Below are positions 58,282 through 64,000 of a DNA stretch of 64,000 bases, piece by piece (the first letter of the stretch is position 1; each line of letters begins with the position of its first letter). The notes under the pieces were generated by a model. It made no database searches, was not told the origin of the DNA, and was given only the letters and a program-made list of their open reading frames with translations. Origin of the DNA: Bacillota bacterium (lineage in GTDB: Bacteria > Bacillota > Negativicutes > DSM-13327); contig JAGFZX010000007.1 in the NCBI GenBank assembly GCA_017889585.1, positions 20,634 through 84,633 on the forward strand. Reading direction: 5' to 3'. The translations under genes were made by a program, and so were the position numbers.

Positions 58282-59466
58282 ATGCTAGTAGAGGCTAGAC
58301 AAGAAGAATTGATTAAACTTTGTAGGGAGTTAATTCAACACCAGAGTTACTCTGGCGAAGAGAATAAGGTTGCGGAAAGAATTAAGCAAGCCTTTCAGGA
58401 ACTCGGGTTTGATTCTTTTTGGATCGATTGTTATGGGAATATTGTTGGTCAGATCAAAGGCAAGAGACCAGGGAAACGTATTTTATTTGATGGACATATT
58501 GATACTGTACCTGTACCAGATGATTCAAAATGGACCCATGCACCTTTTAGCGGGGAATTGCAGGATGGAAAGATTTATGGACGGGGAGCATCTGACATGA
58601 AAGGTGCTGTCAGCGCTATGATTATGGCAGCAGCATATTTTGCTATTGATACTAACCGTGATTTTGCTGGGGATATTTATATTGCAGGTGTGGTCCATGA
58701 AGAGTGTTTTGAAGGGGTTGCCGCTCGTAAAGTCAGTGAGCGGGTACAACCTGATTATGTAGTAATTGGAGAAGCATCAGAGCTTAACTTGAAAATCGGT
58801 CAGCGGGGCCGGGCGGAGATTGTGGTAGAGACTTATGGTAAGCCTGCTCACTCTGCCAATCCTCAGGCAGGAATTAATGCCGTATACAAAATGGCTCAGC
58901 TAATCGAGAAAATCAGGGGCATTAAAATGACATCTCATGAAGTATTAGGCCAGGGCATTTTGGAATTAACAGATATTAAATCATCACCCTATCCAGGAGC
59001 TTCGGTAGTACCTGATTATTGCAGAGCTACATATGACAGAAGACTGCTGGTAGGCGAAACACGAGAGTCGGTTATTCAGCCGATATTGGATCTCATTGCA
59101 GAAATGAGCAAGGAAGATGAAGAATTTAAAGGTACAGCATATTATGCCTGCGGTAGTGAAAAATGTTATACCTGTGACGAAATTGAGGGTGAAAGATTCT
59201 TCCCAGGATGGCTTTATGATGAACAGGATGAATTTATCCAAGCGGCTTTGAAAGGAATAAAGTCTGCGGGCATAAACCCTGCCATTACCCAATACTCTTT
59301 TTGTACCAATGGCAGTCATTATGCTGGTGAAGCTGGAATTAAAACAATTGGTTTTGGTCCTTCAAGAGAAAACTTGGCTCATACAATTGATGAATATATT
59401 GAAGTTGAGCAGTTACTGAATGTAGCAAAAGGCTATTATGGAATTTTAAAAGAAGTACTGAAATAA
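58282..59466 (+). CDS. YgeY-family M20 metallohydrolase
   Basis: FDGHIDTV, GRGASDMKG, VHEECFEG, GQRGRAE, FCTNGSHYAG, GFGP. Confidence 0.88.
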   Translation: MLVEARQEELIKLCRELIQHQSYSGEENKVAERIKQAFQELGFDSFWIDCYGNIVGQIKGKRPGKRILFDGHIDTVPVPDDSKWTHAPFSGELQDGKIYGRGASDMKGAVSAMIMAAAYFAIDTNRDFAGDIYIAGVVHEECFEGVAARKVSERVQPDYVVIGEASELNLKIGQRGRAEIVVETYGKPAHSANPQAGINAVYKMAQLIEKIRGIKMTSHEVLGQGILELTDIKSSPYPGASVVPDYCRATYDRRLLVGETRESVIQPILDLIAEMSKEDEEFKGTAYYACGSEKCYTCDEIEGERFFPGWLYDEQDEFIQAALKGIKSAGINPAITQYSFCTNGSHYAGEAGIKTIGFGPSRENLAHTIDEYIEVEQLLNVAKGYYGILKEVLK

Positions 59467-59482
59467 TAGGGAGCTGAAATCC

Positions 59483-61075
59483 ATGAAGATTCTCATTCAA
59501 GATGGTATTGTAGTTGATGGGACAGGTTCAAAGGGATTTATAGGGAGTATAGCTATTGAAAATGACAGAATAACAGCGGTCGGCGAAATTAATCCAGATG
59601 GCTTTGATAAAGTGATTGACGCTAAAGGTATGATCGTGACCCCAGGCTTTATCGATACACATAGTCATTCTGACTTGCAAGTTTTACTTGATCCTTATGT
59701 GGTACCCAAAATCCTCCAGGGCATTACAACAGAAATCCTAGGCCAAGATGGGATTTCTATGGCACCTCTGCCTAAACAATACATTAGTCCCTGGCGGAAA
59801 AACTTAGCAGGTCTGGATGGGGATAGTGATGAGATTGACTGGAATTATGAAACTACAGATGGTTATCTGAAAATGATGGAAAAAAAGGGCGTAGGCCTAA
59901 ATGAAAGTTATTTAGTTCCCCATGGCAATATTCGTATGGAGGCTATGGGCCTAGATAATCGATTACCGACAGATGAAGAAATACAAAAAATGTGTGAGAT
60001 TACCAGACGGGAAATGGAAGCAGGAGCATTTGGTTTATCAACAGGACTGATTTATATGCCTTGCGCTTACTCTGAGTCTAGGGAAATTATTGAGATGTGC
60101 AAGGTGGTAGCCGAATATGATGGTGTGTTTGTTGTTCACCAACGCAGCGAGGCTGATACGATTCTCGAATCAATGGAAGAAGTGATTGATATCGGGCGTG
60201 AGTCAGGGGTAAAAGTTCATTTTTCTCATTTTAAAGTTTGTGGGAAAAAGAACTGGGGACTGATTGATAAAGTTGTTGATTTATTAGAGAAGGCTCAGGC
60301 TGAAGGCATTTACGTTTCTTTTGATCAGTATCCATATGTAGCAGGAAGCACCATGCTCGGCGTTATTTTGCCCCCTTGGGTCCATGATGGCGGGACAGAT
60401 AAGCTGATCAAACGCTTAGAAGATCCTGAACTTAGAAAGAAAATGATTTATGACATTGAGCAGGGTATACCAGGCTGGGACAACTTTGTTGATTTTGCTG
60501 GTTTAGATCAAATTTTCGTTACCAGTGTTAAAACTCAGGCCAATGAAGATTTAATCGGCAAGAGTCTCATCGAAATTGGTGAAATAAGAGGTAAATGTCC
60601 CTATGAGGCCACTTTTGATCTTCTGCATGAGGAAGAAAATGCGGTAGGAATGGTTGATTTCTATGGAACAGAAGAACATGTCATTCGTTTCATGACCAGA
60701 CCTGAGCAAAATATTTGTACAGATGGACTACTAGGTGGCAAGCCTCATCCTAGGGTATTTGGTTCTTTTCCTCGAGTGTTAGGTAAATATGTACGGGAAG
60801 ATCAAGCGCTAACCTTGGAAGAGGCAATAAAAAAAATGACCTCAAAGCCGGCAGAGGTATTTGGTTTTGTTGATCGAGGCGTATTAAAAGTCGGTAATTT
60901 TGCTGATGTTGTTATCTTTAATCAGGAAACAGTGATTGATAAAGGAACATTTGTTGAGCCTATTCAATATCCAAAAGGTATTCAATATGTCATGGCTAAT
61001 GGAATAGTTGTGGTAGAAGATGGCTCACCAACTAAAATCTTGGCTGGACGAGTCCTTAGGAAGACAAGTAAATAA
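59483..61075 (+). CDS. N-acyl-D-amino-acid deacylase family amidohydrolase
   Basis: [52 protein letters not shown]. Confidence 0.92.
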   Translation: MKILIQDGIVVDGTGSKGFIGSIAIENDRITAVGEINPDGFDKVIDAKGMIVTPGFIDTHSHSDLQVLLDPYVVPKILQGITTEILGQDGISMAPLPKQYISPWRKNLAGLDGDSDEIDWNYETTDGYLKMMEKKGVGLNESYLVPHGNIRMEAMGLDNRLPTDEEIQKMCEITRREMEAGAFGLSTGLIYMPCAYSESREIIEMCKVVAEYDGVFVVHQRSEADTILESMEEVIDIGRESGVKVHFSHFKVCGKKNWGLIDKVVDLLEKAQAEGIYVSFDQYPYVAGSTMLGVILPPWVHDGGTDKLIKRLEDPELRKKMIYDIEQGIPGWDNFVDFAGLDQIFVTSVKTQANEDLIGKSLIEIGEIRGKCPYEATFDLLHEEENAVGMVDFYGTEEHVIRFMTRPEQNICTDGLLGGKPHPRVFGSFPRVLGKYVREDQALTLEEAIKKMTSKPAEVFGFVDRGVLKVGNFADVVIFNQETVIDKGTFVEPIQYPKGIQYVMANGIVVVEDGSPTKILAGRVLRKTSK

Positions 61076-61103
61076 TAATTGTATGAGTAATGGAGGAATT
61101 TTT

Positions 61104-61481
61104 ATGAAAACAGTTGTAAATACGAATAAAGCTCCAGGAGCAATTGGACCTTATTCACAAGCAATCAAGGCAGGAGGATTCTTGTTTGTATCAGGGCAAA
61201 TGCCTGTGGATCCAGTAAGTAATGGTGTTGTTGAGGGCGGAATTGAAGCCCAAACTGCTCAAGTGCTAGAAAATATTAAAGCAATCCTCGCTGATCAGGG
61301 ACTTACCATGGATAGTGTAGTTAAGACGACTGTATTCTTAAAGGATTTGAATGATTTTCAAGTAGTGAATGGAATTTATGGGGATTATTTTAAAGCCCAA
61401 GCTCCAGCTCGCGCATGTGTACAAGTAGTAAAGTTACCTAAAGATGTCATGGTTGAAATTGAAGTCATTGCAGTGGTGTAA
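61104..61481 (+). CDS. ridA: RidA enamine/imine deaminase
   Basis: [39 protein letters not shown]; start after ggagg. Confidence 0.93.
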   Translation: MKTVVNTNKAPGAIGPYSQAIKAGGFLFVSGQMPVDPVSNGVVEGGIEAQTAQVLENIKAILADQGLTMDSVVKTTVFLKDLNDFQVVNGIYGDYFKAQAPARACVQVVKLPKDVMVEIEVIAVV

Positions 61482-61561
61482 GATTAAGTTTAAGTAGGGT
61501 AGGAAAATAGGGAAAAAGGGCTGGCATTAGATTGCCAGCACCAAATTAGGAGGGAAACATC

Positions 61562-62833
61562 ATGGGTGAACAGTTGCAGCAAGGTGGTTTTCGCTGGAAA
61601 GTCAGGCACACGATTTTATCTATCATTTGGGCAGGCTGGTTATTTTCGTTCCTCGATAGAATGGTTATTAGCATTGCCCTACCTTTTATCGGTAAGGATC
61701 TCAACATTGACGCAACCATGCAAGGGGCGATTTTAAGTGCCTTCTTTGCAGGTTATGCTTTATTTCAAATACCAGGTGGAATGCTAGCAGATAAATTTGG
61801 TCCTAGAAAAGTTATGGCGATAGCGATAACCTGGTTTTCCGTATTTACTACTGTTACTGGTTTCGTTAGTTCTTATTCTATGATGCTCTTTGCTCGTTGT
61901 GTATTTGGAATAGGGGAAGGATGTTTCCCAGGTGCCTCATGGAAAATGATTGCAACCTATTTCCCGCCTAAAGAAAGAGCAACAGCAACTGCCATACAAT
62001 CATCTGTTAATACACTAGGACCAGCAGTTGCATCATTAGTTGCTGCCGGTATTATTGCAAGCTTTGGCTGGCGTCCTGTATTTATTTATCTTGGTTTTCC
62101 TGGTCTACTAATTGCAGCGGCAATGTGGTTCTACTTTAGAGATAATCCAGCGGATCATCCTAAGATGACAAAAGAAGAACTAAATGAACTAAGTCTTGAT
62201 CAGGGCAAAAGTGGAAATGAAACTGGGAATTCAGGTCTGATGACATTTAAACAATTTCTCACAAAACCCATTCTATGGCAAATGGTTTTGATTTGGTTCT
62301 TATTTGATATTACTTTTTGGGGATTTGTTTCCTGGTTACCATCTTATTTGATGAAAGTAAGAGGATTTTCCCTAATAAAAACTGGTATCACTGGTTCAAT
62401 ACCGTTCTTTGTCGGAACAGTGGGTATGTTAGTTGGTGGCTACCTGTCTGACCGTATGAAAGGTCAGCGCAAATGGATGTTTATTCCTAATGCATTAATA
62501 GCTAGTTTCTTCTTGTACATGACATATACTGTAGTTTCTGCAGATATGGTTGTCGTATATCAGAGTATTTCAGCCTTCTTCATGTTCTTAGCAATGTCAG
62601 CTTTCTGGGGTCTTGTTATGGATAGTATTCCAGCACATATCATGGGTTCTAGTTCTGGTACTGTAAACTTTGGCGGACAAGTCGCAGGATTTATCTCACC
62701 CTTTGTTATGGGATATCTAATCGATAAAAATAATGGATCATTTGATGCAGCATTTATTTTCCTCATTGTTGCCATGCTTGCCTCCGTAGTAGTTGCTTTC
62801 ACAGTACAACAAGAACGTCCTGCTATTAAGTAG
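61562..62833 (+). CDS. ACS-family MFS transporter
   Basis: FLDR, SAFFAGYALFQIPGGMLADKFGPRK, GIGEG, FPPKERA. Confidence 0.9.
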   Translation: MGEQLQQGGFRWKVRHTILSIIWAGWLFSFLDRMVISIALPFIGKDLNIDATMQGAILSAFFAGYALFQIPGGMLADKFGPRKVMAIAITWFSVFTTVTGFVSSYSMMLFARCVFGIGEGCFPGASWKMIATYFPPKERATATAIQSSVNTLGPAVASLVAAGIIASFGWRPVFIYLGFPGLLIAAAMWFYFRDNPADHPKMTKEELNELSLDQGKSGNETGNSGLMTFKQFLTKPILWQMVLIWFLFDITFWGFVSWLPSYLMKVRGFSLIKTGITGSIPFFVGTVGMLVGGYLSDRMKGQRKWMFIPNALIASFFLYMTYTVVSADMVVVYQSISAFFMFLAMSAFWGLVMDSIPAHIMGSSSGTVNFGGQVAGFISPFVMGYLIDKNNGSFDAAFIFLIVAMLASVVVAFTVQQERPAIK

Positions 62834-62846
62834 ATGTTGAGTTGAA

Positions 62847-62894
62847 AAAATGACGGGTATTGACATGAAACATTCAGTCAATGCCCGTCATTTT
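62847..62894 (+). terminator. Terminator of the dpaL operon
   Basis: aaaatgacgggtattgac...gtcaatgcccgtcatttt. Confidence 0.8.
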
Positions 62895-63027
62895 AATGAA
62901 GGCTATCAGCTATCATATTAAGGGTAAAAACAATTATAAATTACAGAGGGAAAAGAGAAACTATATGGAATGAAGTACTTATGGTCATTAAAGACGCTAA
63001 GAAGAGGATAAGTGGGGGCAGTCATTT

Positions 63028-64000
63028 ATGGGAAAGACAATCTTACAGGAAATTCAGGATGCGGTTACTCAGTATGCAAAAGTAATTTCCCATGTTATAA
63101 AAATGGATGTGGAGATTGTTGATGCGCGGCTATTTCGTATTGCAGGTACAGGCCGTTATAACAATCATATTAATGAAGATATGTCACAAGAGGGGTTTGT
63201 TTATAAACAGGTATTAGCTACAGGTGAGAAGCAGTTTATTGAAGAACCTGGTAAACATATATTGTGTACTTTATGTCCTAAATATGAACGTTGTGATGAA
63301 AAAATGGAGTTATGTACTCCCATTAAGTTGAAGAATGAAATTATTGGTGTTATTGGACTGATCTGTTTTGATGAAGAACAAAAACAGCGGTTATTACGGG
63401 ATTTAAATTTTTATCAGTTATTTTTATTGCAGATATCGGAGTTTATCAGCGCAAAGGCCTATGAGCAGCAAGAGAGCGAGCGAAATCAGTTTATTACAAA
63501 TTTGCTATTGCAAGTTATCAATAGTGTAGATAAAGGGGTACTTATTTTAAATCAGAGCAATGAAATTATACAAATTAATAATAACGCATTAAAACAATTG
63601 CAGTTACCTTCTTCCTGTATTCATGAAAAAATTATAATAGAGGCAACTGGCGATTCCTTGCTCGGTGCGGAAGAATATAGAGTGATCATTGATAAAAAAA
63701 CTTTTTATTTAATGGGTGAGCTATTATCAGTATCTCCTGGACTCGCTGTTTATGATAAAATTTTAATATTTAACGAGATTAAAAAAGTAAAGTCTGGTAT
63801 TTATGGACTGACGAATGTGGCCAAGCCAGTCAATTTAGATCATATAATTGGTAAATCAGAAGTAATTCAGCAGCTGAAAAGCAAAATCATTAAAATTGCT
63901 GATTCCAATTCTACAGTATTAATTACCGGTGAAAGTGGTACTGGTAAAGAGTTAATCGCCAGAGCCATTCATGCTGAAAGTAATCGTAGTGATAAACCAT
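63028..64000 (+). CDS. Sigma54-dependent transcriptional activator, YgeV-like (runs off the window; absent from the ORF track)
   Basis: MGKTILQEIQ...VDARLFRIAGTG...PGKHILCTLCP...IGVIGL, then IIGKS...STVLITGESGTGKELIARAIH. Confidence 0.92.
   Translation, partial: MGKTILQEIQDAVTQYAKVISHVIKMDVEIVDARLFRIAGTGRYNNHINEDMSQEGFVYKQVLATGEKQFIEEPGKHILCTLCPKYERCDEKMELCTPIKLKNEIIGVIGLICFDEEQKQRLLRDLNFYQLFLLQISEFISAKAYEQQESERNQFITNLLLQVINSVDKGVLILNQSNEIIQINNNALKQLQLPSSCIHEKIIIEATGDSLLGAEEYRVIIDKKTFYLMGELLSVSPGLAVYDKILIFNEIKKVKSGIYGLTNVAKPVNLDHIIGKSEVIQQLKSKIIKIADSNSTVLITGESGTGKELIARAIHAESNRSDKP

Noticed and set aside
10282-59466. Selenocysteine (UGA) readthrough in xdh, hydrogenase or yge genes
   Set aside because: The proteins appear full-length at their stops; no in-frame UGA at a catalytic Cys position was noticed
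1-64000. Short antisense or overlapping ORFs in the track (e.g. 34758-35306, 16873-17280, 36791-37216, 54994-55437)
   Set aside because: Shadows of well-supported genes, with no RBS or family motifs
1-64000. CRISPR array, tRNA/rRNA, prophage, intact IS or defence system
   Set aside because: No repeat-spacer periodicity, cloverleaf, integrase, transposase or nuclease motifs seen

Overview
A 64-kb, AT-rich chromosomal window from an anaerobic, spore-forming Firmicute. A SASP gene together with an AcrAB-type RND pump points to a diderm Negativicute such as Pelosinus/Sporomusaceae (inference). In order it holds: the 3' end of deoB; small accessory genes; two diguanylate cyclases and a lipase; a xanthine-dehydrogenase-family operon with an NCS2 permease; a SASP; a chemoreceptor under a c-di-GMP-I riboswitch; an opp operon with murein-peptide-recycling-type hydrolases; an HpcH aldolase; hfsABC (PAS sensory [FeFe]-hydrogenase); aspA-hydF; MFS and RND efflux genes; yqeB-yqeC-mocA; a 10-gene regulatory plus multimeric [FeFe]-hydrogenase operon; TM1266-(hydG scar)-hydE; and a sigma54-driven dpaL-ygeY-D-aminoacylase-ridA-MFS operon with its activator. 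No rRNA, tRNA, CRISPR array, prophage or intact transposase was seen. The most notable signals missing from the ORF track are an unnamed riboswitch-like terminator/antiterminator leader upstream of the hydrogenase maturation operon, an 83-nt scar of a deleted hydG, several other 3'-end gene remnants, a 24-aa small ORF and a probable group II intron 5' remnant. All calls come from motif recognition by eye; no searches were run.
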